DNA of 64,000 bases from an uncultured Nitrososphaerota archaeon (lineage in GTDB: Archaea; Thermoproteota; Nitrososphaeria; Nitrososphaerales; CADDZS01). How positions within the stretch are numbered: the stretch's first letter is position 1; the number at the start of each line of letters is the position of its first letter. This document shows, in pieces, positions 41,520 through 50,823 of this stretch. The stretch spans positions 1,376,001 through 1,440,000 of the forward strand of contig CAWCYI010000006.1 in NCBI GenBank assembly GCA_963799845.1, in the 5' to 3' direction. The notes under the pieces are model-generated. The model did no database searches and had not been told where the DNA came from. It worked only from the letters and a program-made list of their open reading frames with translations. The translations under genes and the position numbers were made by a program.

Positions 41520-42788
41520 TTACGCCGGTACTTTCCTAGCCAGTTTCTTCTTAATTTTGAGCTTGGAAGCAGCAGCTGCTATTCGGTCGATTGCTTCGTT
41601 AATCCTTTCGGTCCCGAGGGAAATTCTGATGTGGCCTTCGGCGTGATACGCGATTCCCGGAGCGCAGGCAACTCCAGCTTCTTCAAGCAGGTACTTGCAG
41701 AACTCCATCGAACTCATGCCGAATGACGAGATGTCAGGGAGGATCAGGTTCGTTCCTTCGGGCTTTACAACATGCATGCCCTCTACAGAGTTCAATCTGT
41801 CGATCGCGTAATCTCTCCCTTTTTGAAGCTTGGATATAGTCTCATAGAGGTGTCTATCCTCGAACTCTTCCCGAAGTGCGGGGATAGCGCCTTTCTGTAA
41901 CAAACTTGGAATTCCCATGCTTGAGAATGCGTGAATCATTTCCATCCCGCTGATTATCTCTTCCGGACCCGTCGCAAAGCCGAGACGGTAGTTTATCATG
42001 TTGAATATCTTGGAAAAAGAAGAGATTGAAATTAGGCGATCTCGGATTTCCCTGAAGCGGCACATCGGAACGTATGGACGTCCATCGTAGACCATTCTTT
42101 CGTACACCTGATCGTGCATGACGTAAATGTCGTGTTTATTCGCGAGCTCGACGATTCCAGCGAGCTCATCCTCGGTGAGAACGCGTCCGGTCGGATTCTC
42201 GGGATTGCAAACCGTGATCAACTTCGTCTTTTTGGTCACGAGCTTCTCAAAATCTTTCTTTTCATGGTAGTAATTGTTCTTCGGATCCAGCTTCGCAAAC
42301 ACCGGTTTTCCCCTTGCGAGTCTTACCGGAATGTCGAAAAAGAATGTGGGAGTCGGAACGATTACCTCGTCCCCCGGATCGAGAAGCGCGGCCATCAGAT
42401 AGTACTCCGCCTGCATGCTTCCCGAAGTCACGATAATCTCGTTCTCCCAGTTAACCTTGAAATCGTACAACCGCTGGAACCTTCCGGCAATCGCCTGTCT
42501 GAGCTCCGGAATGCCGAGAAACGGAGCTTCCTGCTTTATCGCGGCATCCCTGAAAGTCCTCCCTGTTTCCGCGAGAACTTCCTCCGGAACTTTGCTTGAA
42601 ATTATGCTTTCGGCGCAAAAAATTACATCCTTCCCCTGGGCTTCCATTTTCTGACCCATCTCTGCAATTACGACGGTCCCAAACGGCTCTCCGGTTTCCT
42701 CCATGCTCCGGTACTGACCCAACAACTCTTCTACCTGCGAGGCTAGAACGTGTTTGGATGACTTCAATTTCCTTTTTTGCACGGGCAA
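41520..42788 (-). CDS. PLP-dependent aminotransferase class I/II
   Basis: G.PELR.AIA, NPENPTG, D.VY, SFSK....YRLG, IRIS. Confidence 0.93.
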   Translation of the reverse strand: MPVQKRKLKSSKHVLASQVEELLGQYRSMEETGEPFGTVVIAEMGQKMEAQGKDVIFCAESIISSKVPEEVLAETGRTFRDAAIKQEAPFLGIPELRQAIAGRFQRLYDFKVNWENEIIVTSGSMQAEYYLMAALLDPGDEVIVPTPTFFFDIPVRLARGKPVFAKLDPKNNYYHEKKDFEKLVTKKTKLITVCNPENPTGRVLTEDELAGIVELANKHDIYVMHDQVYERMVYDGRPYVPMCRFREIRDRLISISSFSKIFNMINYRLGFATGPEEIISGMEMIHAFSSMGIPSLLQKGAIPALREEFEDRHLYETISKLQKGRDYAIDRLNSVEGMHVVKPEGTNLILPDISSFGMSSMEFCKYLLEEAGVACAPGIAYHAEGHIRISLGTERINEAIDRIAAAASKLKIKKKLARKVPA

Positions 42789-42879
42789 AACGATCGCGAT
42801 CTAAACTAGGGAAAAACTCACCTTTAAACAGTTAACATTAGAAAGCTCTTATCAATTCTCGATATATTATTTCGAGATC

Positions 42880-43383
42880 GTGGCCTCCGAACCGAACCTC
42901 CTCAATCCTCCCGCCACTATTAGAGCGGTGATCTGCTACCTGCGGCGCGGAGACGATTTTCTTTTGCTCTTGAAAGCTTCGGGAAGATTTGGAGGGGGAT
43001 TTTGGAATGCGCCCGGAGGGAAGATCGACGAAGGGGAGAGTCCTGAAGATGCCGCTAAGCGAGAAGTCTTTGAGGAAACCGGACTAACGATCATACGTCT
43101 TGAAAAGATGGGTTTTCTCGAATTTTTCTTTGGCCCCGGAAAGTCGAGGCCAGACTGGACGGCCGAGGTCTTTGTCAGCTGCGATTTCTTAGGCGAGCAG
43201 CGTGAAAGCAAAGAAGGCAGGCTGGAATGGTTCTCCAGAGAAAAGCTGCCAATGGATCAGATGTGGGAAGACGACAGGTACTGGCTCCCTTTACTGGTGG
43301 AAGGTGTAAAGTTTCACGGCCGGTTTGAATTCACGGCAGACTCGAAGAAACTTATTCGTCATGAAATAAGTGGACTATTGTAA
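42880..43383 (+). CDS. Nudix hydrolase, 8-oxo-dGTP diphosphatase-like
   Basis: WNAPGGK...GE....AA.RE..EETGL; MWEDD.YWLP. Confidence 0.9.
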   Translation: MASEPNLLNPPATIRAVICYLRRGDDFLLLLKASGRFGGGFWNAPGGKIDEGESPEDAAKREVFEETGLTIIRLEKMGFLEFFFGPGKSRPDWTAEVFVSCDFLGEQRESKEGRLEWFSREKLPMDQMWEDDRYWLPLLVEGVKFHGRFEFTADSKKLIRHEISGLL

Positions 43384-43903
43384 GCTACTCTTTTTCATCG
43401 ACATGTAAGCGGCTCTGAACTCATAGTAATGTATTGCGTTCTCCGAGATCTTTTCGATCTCTTGTTCTGTTACAGATCGTTTCACTTTCGCAGGCGAACC
43501 GAGCGCGAGCGTGTTTTCAGGAATCTCCGCTTCCTGGACTATGAGCGAACCAGCGCCGATTATGCAGTTATCTCCGATTCTTGACCCGTTTAGAATGATC
43601 GCCCCCATTCCGATAAGGCAGTTTGATCCGATCTGAGATCCGTGGACTATTGCACCATGCCCGACGGAAACGCTGTCGCCGATTACGCATGGAAATCCCG
43701 CATCGGTATGAACAGAACAGTTGTCCTGAATATTTGATCGAAATCCAATTTGTATTCTTTCAGATTCAGCCCTGACTGAAGAGCCGAACCATACAGAGTC
43801 TGCCCTCGCCGATATCAACGTCACCGACGATTGTGGCCGTGTCAGCCACAAAGCAATCTCTCGCAATCCGGGGGCTTTTCCCGCCGTACTCCATGATTGT
43901 CAA
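43375..43903 (-). CDS. gamma-carbonic anhydrase family protein (one apparent frameshift near 43798)
   Basis: P.I....FVA.TATIVGDV.IG, SNIQD, VGHGAIVHG, LIGMGA, G.PAKVKR. Confidence 0.9.
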
Positions 43904-44272
43904 TGTTGCGATTTTTGAAACAATGCCTGCTTAAAATCTATGAGCCGAATACAAAAAACTCCAGAGAACCAGTATTAAGAAGCCGATCAGAATAATCCAG
44001 AACAGGGCTTTTGTCTGTCTCGTCTGGGATCTTGAACGCTGCAAGTAAACCTGTAGAATGGCCGGAAGCCGAGGACTATTTTAACTTGATTGACATAGAG
44101 CGAAGCAAGAGTAGTTGTTGCAATTTGTATTTACTATTCCATCGTGGAACCCCGGAAATCCTTCGTACGCCGCGACCCTGACGATCAGCGCATTGCTAGT
44201 CCTTCTGATCCTCGGAATCTGTTTCATGATAGCGATGAGAAATCCCGGGTATATGCGAGAGAAAAAGAAAGT

Positions 44273-44674
44273 TCAGGATTTACCAAAGGCGTTTTCAATC
44301 GCTTCGTCAAGCTGAGAAAAACTGCTCGGAACTCCTCTGTAAATTTTCACGCCGTTAACGCGAAACTCCGGCATTTGATTAGGCGATCTCCCTCTGAATC
44401 CCATCACCTTTTCGAACACTCTGTTGGGGGATCTTTCGAAAACTCTGATCTCAACTGCTCGACCATAAGCCCGCTGGAAATCGAGAGCTATCAAAGCGAT
44501 CCGGTAGTAAACGTCCTGTGAAGAATTCTCGGCCTGATCGGATTGCACCCGTGAAACAGAACCTTTAGTCTTCGATTCAACGAGGGCCTGTACGTTTTTG
44601 AGAATGGATTCGAACCTCTCAGGATCTAGACCAATGATATCCAACTTGAGCCGAACGCGAGCAGTCTTGGCCAT
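44273..44674 (-). CDS. hypothetical protein, thioredoxin-like C-terminus
   Basis: P.F.VNG......P pattern, no CxxC. Confidence 0.55.
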   Translation of the reverse strand: MAKTARVRLKLDIIGLDPERFESILKNVQALVESKTKGSVSRVQSDQAENSSQDVYYRIALIALDFQRAYGRAVEIRVFERSPNRVFEKVMGFRGRSPNQMPEFRVNGVKIYRGVPSSFSQLDEAIENAFGKS

Positions 44675-45053
44675 TCTCAGTCCCAGTTTTACAACATTAG
44701 GTTTGAAATAGTTTACCTACACTCTCAATTCATTCCGTGTGCCTTGACTTTTTCACGTCGCCGCGACTAAGCTTCAATACCTTGCCTTTTTTGACTAGAC
44801 GAACAATAATTCTCCCATATGGGACAAATTGCTCAATTATTCCGTGATCATTTTCATCACTAACATAGACTGTATCACCCAGACTCAGTCGCACCCTCAT
44901 CACACCCAAATTAGATGAACCCCGGAACTTCCGAACTTTGGAAATGATGCAAGAGAGGTATCATCTCGCTTATAGGATTTGCTCCAATTTGTTCCATGAT
45001 GTTGAAAGTTTCGAAAAATTTTTTCGAGCGGTTGACAATCCGTTGACAAGGCC

Positions 45054-45530
45054 TTGATCATTTACATCCTTCGACATGGAGAAGCCGAGCCCAAGTCTAG
45101 TCACGTTTCGGACGAGGAAAGGCATCTAACAACACTCGGATCGTCTCGACTAAGAAAGAATTTGGTAATTGCAAAGCAGGTAGGAACTGAAATAGATTTG
45201 ATACTGACGAGCCCTCTGGTCAGGGCAAAGGAATCGGCCGAAATTGCCGGGGACGTTTTCGCAATCGAAAAATACGAGATCGAAGAGTCGCTCGAACCGA
45301 CAAGAACTCCTTACGAGGTCTTCCAGAGTCTCGCAAGATACGCGCAGGTCGGTCGAGTATTGCTTGTGACTCACCAACCACTTGCCTCGAGCTTGATGGC
45401 TGCACTTCTCAACTGGGATGAAAGTTTTCTTGCATTCCCCACCGGGACTATTGCCAAAATTGAGGTGAAGGATCTAAGAAGCAGTCCTCAGGGCACTCTC
45501 CAGTATCTTCTGCCGCCTCCGAACAAGTAG
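45054..45530 (+). CDS. sixA: second SixA-family phosphohistidine phosphatase
   Basis: RHGEAE, R.LT..G, SPLVRA.E.A, VTHQP. Confidence 0.88.
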   Translation: MIIYILRHGEAEPKSSHVSDEERHLTTLGSSRLRKNLVIAKQVGTEIDLILTSPLVRAKESAEIAGDVFAIEKYEIEESLEPTRTPYEVFQSLARYAQVGRVLLVTHQPLASSLMAALLNWDESFLAFPTGTIAKIEVKDLRSSPQGTLQYLLPPPNK

Positions 45531-45560
45531 AGTTTATCCGTCGGTAGATCCGGCATCGAA

Positions 45561-45938
45561 TTGTCTTGCCGAAAAATGAGCTTACATAGAAACATCTGCG
45601 ACAAAATCAGATCATCCAACTCCAAGATCAGACATGTCGGTTACTACGATCCTTTCGGAAGGATTCTGTATGACAGCATCAGGCCGAATACGAAGCCGAT
45701 GGAAGGAACTGAAGAGATGCACATCTTAAACGGAACGGTCGCGACCACATTGAATTTATGGAGCCCAGCGAGTCCCCTGATTGGCAGGGTTCAGGCCTTC
45801 ATCATAATTCGTAAGAAGCTGACTGCTCTGATTTATCCACATGAGAAGGGTAGGTATTTCCTAATCGTTTTTGAGGCGGATATCGCCCTTTCAGAAATCG
45901 GGAAAGTAAGATCGTCGCTCGATGGTGAACTCGAATAA
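45561..45938 (+). CDS. DUF6659/roadblock-like protein
   Basis: C..I......IR.VG.....G..L.....G.....II.R.K pattern. Confidence 0.6.
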   Translation: MSCRKMSLHRNICDKIRSSNSKIRHVGYYDPFGRILYDSIRPNTKPMEGTEEMHILNGTVATTLNLWSPASPLIGRVQAFIIIRKKLTALIYPHEKGRYFLIVFEADIALSEIGKVRSSLDGELE

Positions 45939-46022
45939 GAAACTCCGGAAAGATTTCCGGCAGAGTTCATCGAGGGTTAATCTGGAGCAAAAAATAGGGA
46001 GTAGACCTTTGCTGGAAAAGGT

Positions 46023-46178
46023 CTAGATTCGCTTGATCATTCCGTCCATTTGCTCTTCGGTTATCGTCATACCCGGATGAGCATCGGCGGCGTGCATCGA
46101 GGCGTGTTTCTTCACATCGGCATCGCCCGCGGGAGAGACAAGAGTCCAGCCGCAGTCACATGAGACCATCGAAGCCAT
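46023..46178 (-). CDS. DUF1059-like small metal-binding protein
   Basis: SCDCGW......HA..AH. Confidence 0.7.
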   Translation of the reverse strand: MASMVSCDCGWTLVSPAGDADVKKHASMHAADAHPGMTITEEQMDGMIKRI

Positions 46179-46302
46179 TGCTGCCAGTCGAAATCTTGGG
46201 AGAGACAGATAAGCCTTTGCCAACATTCGTTCGCTGTTCCGTTCAAGGGACCAGATCAGTGCAATAGGCCTTGCGGAAGCTTCAGGACAAAATCGGTGAC
46301 GA

Positions 46303-46549
46303 TGGTGCCGGGGACGGGATTCGATCCCGCGACCCCCAGATCTCTTATCGCTTTCGAAGGATTATGAGTCACACCCTCTTACACTGGCGCGAACTTCATC
46401 TATTCGAATCACCGGTATGAGGGTTTTAGCCCTTTATTTTCTCGTGATCCTCAGAGGCTGGTGCTCTAACCAGGCTGAGCTATCGGGACGATAACATTCC
46501 TCGTCAGAATGTATTTCCGCATCGCCACCCCGGCCTTGAGGCCCCCGGC
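46303..46549 (-). tRNA. elongator tRNA-Met(CAU) with three BHB introns (8/9, 30/31, 37/38) and a possible fourth (7/8); CCA encoded
   Basis: spliced product GCCGGGGTAGCTCAGCCTGGTTAGAGCACCAGACTCATAATCTGGGGGTCGCGGGATCGAATCCCGTCCCCGGCACCA folds into a full cloverleaf; introns at 46482-46526, 46370-46457, 46342-46362. Confidence 0.92.
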
Positions 46550-46574
46550 ATTTTGGGCATTCCTCTTCTCGGCG

Positions 46575-46582
46575 TTAATAAG
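46575..46582 (-). promoter_or_regulatory. TATA box of the tRNA-Met gene
   Basis: CTTATTAA on the minus strand, 26-33 nt upstream of 46549. Confidence 0.55.
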
Positions 46583-46606
46583 CGTGGCGAGGTACAAGCT
46601 ACGCTG

Positions 46607-47582
46607 TTACGGTGCGGACAAAGCCCTGCCGCAATTGTGACAGAATCTTTCGTCCTGCGAAACAGGCGTTCCGCAGGAAGGACAGAAGTTATTTCTCTGG
46701 GGAGTTAACTGTCCAAAATATCCCATCGGCTGCGGCTTCATGTTATCATACAGAGACGGAGGTCTCGGCATAGATCGAACCTGCGACTGACTGTAGGAAG
46801 AATACAAAACCACCATCGATGCCGACACCAGTGGAAATTCTAGCGCGAGAATAAAATTCTGGGCCGCGTTGACAGCAAGCATCGAGGTTGAATCAGATAG
46901 TGGCAGAAGGCCGACTATGGAACTAATCAACAGAGCAACGATGTAAATGATAATTTGAATTCCGATAACTAGGAGGAAGGTCTTCCCCCACTTGCCAGAG
47001 ATCAAATTCCTGCTTCTCCCGAACGCAGCTGAGGGGAGACTTGTCTTCGATTACCGACGCGGCCAAACTGAGATAAAGCAATGTTCCAAAAACCAGCGGT
47101 CCAACAATCAAAATGATGCTGGCTTCAACTATCACGACCGCAAGAAAAGTCGTTACTGCAAGGTTGACAAGATTTATTCGATTTGTCGAAGTGAAAGTTA
47201 TTTTTTGGTTTTTGCCGAACGATTGACAGATTTTCCAAACGCCGATCCCAGCCGCGAAGTAAAGAATGAACCAAGTGACAAGAAAGTTAGCAGCCGTATA
47301 TTCCAGGTACATGAAAACCGAACTCATCGCATCCAGAAGCTGCGTCTGGGTCAACGTTGCTACATTCGAGGGAATAGTGTAGGATGGGGTCACGTAGGAA
47401 ATGTATGTCGAAACTATCGCGACTAAAACACCAAAACCCGCAAAGACCGGAAGCAGCTGAAGATAATTTTTCCTCGCGAGATCGAACGATTTGCTGAAAG
47501 ATTCGCCAAGCGAAAGCTCGCGGGAGTACTCTCCCTGATCGGGGGGCTCACCGGTCATGCGAAAATCATCTCTAGTTTCCAA
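46607..47582 (-). CDS. multi-pass membrane protein with C-terminal zinc ribbon (apparent frameshift near 47030)
   Basis: two overlapping hydrophobic ORFs; FCPSCG..FCHNCG at the end. Confidence 0.75.
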
Positions 47583-47857
47583 GATACAGTTTGAAGTACA
47601 AGCTTTTTGAATTTAACCGCAAGCTAGATGATTGTCGCGATGTTAGCTTCGAGCTTCTAGTCCTGTTGCGCAATAATCTGGAGAGCGGGTCCCATCCATT
47701 TCTTGGAATGCCGACATCTTCAATTCTATATTCTTTTGGAGTCTTCAATTACTAGTTTTCATTGATTCATAAAGAAAAATTACTTTCATACTTCCTATAG
47801 CTCGACTGTAGATAGCTCCGATGCTTTCGGCCTCTTTTCAACTATTTCGATTCCGCA

Positions 47858-49369
47858 TCAAGCTTTGTTTATCAAGACTGGCTTGTCTTCGAGAGGCTTT
47901 TCGACAAACTCCTCATGCAGCGCCGAAACAGCCCTGTTGCGATCCTTGTCCTTGATCACGAATGAAATATTGATCTCGGATGAACCCTGCGCGATCATCC
48001 TGATATTGATGCCCTGTTTTGCTACAGTGCTGAAAACTCTCCCGGCTATTCCCGGAGTTCCTATCATGCCGCGGCCCAAGACGGCGACAATTGAAACATC
48101 GTCCTCGTACTCAACCTTGCTGAATTTCGTATTGCTCTCTCTCCCAAAGGTATTTTTCGAAGAACCTGAAACCTCCGGATCTTCCATCAAAAGATCTTTT
48201 TTGAGTGCCCTGACTATTTTCGGCAGCTCGTTTCTCCGGATTACAAGCGAGACATTGTTTTCGGAGACCGATTGGGACATCATTAGAATTCCGACTCCGT
48301 GCTCCTTCAATATCTCGAATATCTTTACGGCAGTGCCCGGACTCCCAACTATGCTCGTCCCGCTGATGCTGACCACCCCAACGTTTGTCAGAGAACCCAC
48401 GGCCTTCACCCCTGTTTTGACACCATTTGCGACACTATCCGTAGAGAGAATCAGCGTGCCGGGAACTTCCGGATTGAACGTGTTCTTTATCCTGACTGGG
48501 ATCCCCTTCCTCGCCGCAGGCTCAAGAGCCCGCGGCTGCATGGCCTTTGCGCCGAACGCGGTCATCTCCATCGCTTCAAGATAGGAAATCTGTTCGAGAA
48601 TCCTTGCGTTATGAATTATACGAGGATCGGCGCTCATGATGCCGTCCACGTCGGTCCAGAGCAGGACTTCGTCAGCATCGATCGCTGCCGCAATCAAGGT
48701 CGCAGTATAATCAGATCCTCCACGCCCTAGAGTGATTACCTCGTGCCCTTCCAGAGTCTCCGCAATATAGCCGGTGACAACTGGAATAACGCCTCCCACA
48801 ATCAGAGGTAGCAGGGAAGCTTTCAGTTTTTCATTTGTAATTTTCATCATCGGTTCCGCGGAACCGAAAGTTTCGTCGGTAACTATACCAGCCTCGCCAC
48901 CAACTAGGTACTTGGTTTTGAGGCCAATGCTCGAAAGTGCAGCGTTTACTATAGACGTTGAGAGCTTTTCTCCGAAGGACAGAAAGTAGTCCAAAGATCT
49001 GGGACTCAAGTCCCGAAGCAGAGAAATGCCGAGGAGCACCTTATCGATCTCGTCGAATCGCTCAGCGGCCCATTCATTGCACTGTCGTCTTAGTTCCCTA
49101 TTATCGACCGTTTGATCAATAGCTTTCTCGATACTTGCGCGAATTTCGGAAATGGTTTTCCTCGCCTTTTCAAGATCACCTTTTTTCGCTTGCTCGATCG
49201 CTTTCAGGAGGTGGTCTGTAGTATCACCCATCGCTGAACAGACCACTATTAGATTCGATTGTTCAGAATATTTCTTGACAATTGAAACACTCTGCAACAT
49301 CTCTTTGGATCCACCCAAGGAGGAACCTCCAAACTTCATGACGTATGTTTTTTTATGATCTTGACTCAA
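47858..49369 (-). CDS. lysC: aspartate kinase
   Basis: VMKFGGSS, SAMG..TD.L, TLGRGGSDY.A, WTDVDG..ADPR, two ACT domains. Confidence 0.96.
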   Translation of the reverse strand: MSQDHKKTYVMKFGGSSLGGSKEMLQSVSIVKKYSEQSNLIVVCSAMGDTTDHLLKAIEQAKKGDLEKARKTISEIRASIEKAIDQTVDNRELRRQCNEWAAERFDEIDKVLLGISLLRDLSPRSLDYFLSFGEKLSTSIVNAALSSIGLKTKYLVGGEAGIVTDETFGSAEPMMKITNEKLKASLLPLIVGGVIPVVTGYIAETLEGHEVITLGRGGSDYTATLIAAAIDADEVLLWTDVDGIMSADPRIIHNARILEQISYLEAMEMTAFGAKAMQPRALEPAARKGIPVRIKNTFNPEVPGTLILSTDSVANGVKTGVKAVGSLTNVGVVSISGTSIVGSPGTAVKIFEILKEHGVGILMMSQSVSENNVSLVIRRNELPKIVRALKKDLLMEDPEVSGSSKNTFGRESNTKFSKVEYEDDVSIVAVLGRGMIGTPGIAGRVFSTVAKQGINIRMIAQGSSEINISFVIKDKDRNRAVSALHEEFVEKPLEDKPVLINKA

Positions 49370-49390
49370 TTCAGAGAACTCCCGAGCGCA

Positions 49391-50290
49391 TCAGACGCCG
49401 CGCGGGTATGAACCCAGTACTTTCAATTCCTCAGTTTGATATCGAAGGTCTTCAATGGCCTTTCGACAATTTTCATCCTTGACATGCCCCGCAAAATCGA
49501 CATAGAAATAATACTCCCACGGCTTCCCTCTGATGGGTCTGGATTCAATTCTGTCAACATTAATCGCTCGAGAAGACAGAGCGGTGAGTGCTCTAACAAG
49601 GCAACCGGGCTCGTGTTTAGTCGCAAAAATTGCTGAAGTCTTGTCGTTGCCGGTTGGCATATTCAATTCATCGCTGTCTCTCTCCGCTTTTTCTACGACG
49701 ACGAATCTGGTCCGGTTTGAAGGGTCGTCCTCGATCCCTCTGGCAACGAGCGTCATTCCGTATATTTCGCTGGCGAGTTCGCTTGCAATTCCGGCCACGT
49801 CCTTCAAACTCTGCTCTTTGATCATCTTGACCGAGCCGGCAGTGTCATAAACTGGAACTTGTTCCCAGCGATTTCCCTCTCTTTCCAGATACTCTTTGCA
49901 CTGAGCGAGCGCCTGCGGGTGGGACATCACCTTCGTTATATTGTTCAGCGAAGTATCCCTGTGAATTATGAGGCAGTGGTCTACGGGAACGCTAATTTCA
50001 CCGACGATTCTAACATTCCTGCTGATCAGAAGGTCGATTGTCTCCCCTACACTCCCGGCCGTGCTATTCTCGATGGGGACGACCGCGAAATCGGGTATGT
50101 TATCTCCATTTCCAGAGAGCGCCCAGAAAACTCGCTGCAATGTGGGAAGCGTAAAGACCTGCTTAGCAGCTTCCTTGCCGAAGAAAAAATACACTGCTTG
50201 CTGGCTATAAGCACCTAGTTCTCCCTGAATTGCAACTGAAACCGTAGGTTTTTTCACTAACAGTTTTTTCGATGTAACTATGGAACTCAT
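49391..50290 (-). CDS. pheA: prephenate dehydratase
   Basis: QG..GAYS, VPIENS, SHPQALAQC, TRF, IESRP. Confidence 0.96.
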   Translation of the reverse strand: MSSIVTSKKLLVKKPTVSVAIQGELGAYSQQAVYFFFGKEAAKQVFTLPTLQRVFWALSGNGDNIPDFAVVPIENSTAGSVGETIDLLISRNVRIVGEISVPVDHCLIIHRDTSLNNITKVMSHPQALAQCKEYLEREGNRWEQVPVYDTAGSVKMIKEQSLKDVAGIASELASEIYGMTLVARGIEDDPSNRTRFVVVEKAERDSDELNMPTGNDKTSAIFATKHEPGCLVRALTALSSRAINVDRIESRPIRGKPWEYYFYVDFAGHVKDENCRKAIEDLRYQTEELKVLGSYPRGV

Positions 50291-50823
50291 GTCGAAGCTA
50301 CCAACCTCTGTCTCAATCTCTCGCGGACACGCCCCAGCCTGCCGCCGGAAACGAGAAGATCTCTTTCTTCACCGCTCATCAATATTTTCTTCTCAAATTG
50401 GGCGCCGCCTCTGTCTATCCTAACTACCAGTTTTTTCAGATCGATGTCCAGCTTGTCTCCAAGCTTGATGTCGGCCGTACTGTCCACCTTCACGACGCAG
50501 AAGGCGTTGTTTATCGAATTTCGGAAGAAAATATCCGGAAAAGATTCGGCGACAACCGCGTTCACATTGTTGTACTGGATCGCGTACACCGCCTGTTCTC
50601 TGCTTGATCCGCAACCGAAATTCTTTCCAGCTGCGACGATGTTATCTTTTTTCGAGTTAGCTCTGCAGGTCTTTATGAAATCCGGGCTGTACCTCTCGAA
50701 AGCATAATCGGCGAAGAATTTCTTGTCCCAGGCCTCTTGAAGTAAGTATGCGGGGATAATGTAGTCGGTGTTGATGTCATCGCCGAATTTTACGGTGACA
50801 GTTCCCTCGATAAGCTGATTCAA
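50287..50823 (-). CDS. leuD: 3-isopropylmalate dehydratase small subunit
   Basis: DINTD.IIP, NFGCGSSREQA, IFFRNSIN. Confidence 0.93.
   Translation of the reverse strand: MNQLIEGTVTVKFGDDINTDYIIPAYLLQEAWDKKFFADYAFERYSPDFIKTCRANSKKDNIVAAGKNFGCGSSREQAVYAIQYNNVNAVVAESFPDIFFRNSINNAFCVVKVDSTADIKLGDKLDIDLKKLVVRIDRGGAQFEKKILMSGEERDLLVSGGRLGRVRERLRQRLVAST

Noticed and set aside
44115-44315. 66-aa single-TM ORF
   Set aside because: It is plausible but overlaps the convergent gene and has no recognisable motif, so support is insufficient.
46370-46457. C/D box guide RNA or nested intron within the 88-nt tRNA intron
   Set aside because: No properly ordered C and D boxes and no second complete BHB could be drawn; only an alternative hairpin is present.
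1894-47582. Single-base frameshifts in nfeD (two), ubiX, the second TMK-like gene, the Cas4 fusion, the NitrOD5-like gene, gamma-CA and the zinc-ribbon membrane gene, considered as programmed frameshifting or mass pseudogenisation
   Set aside because: The genes are unrelated, share no slippery motif, and otherwise have intact motifs. Several shifts sit in short homopolymers, so long-read indel errors are the simplest explanation.
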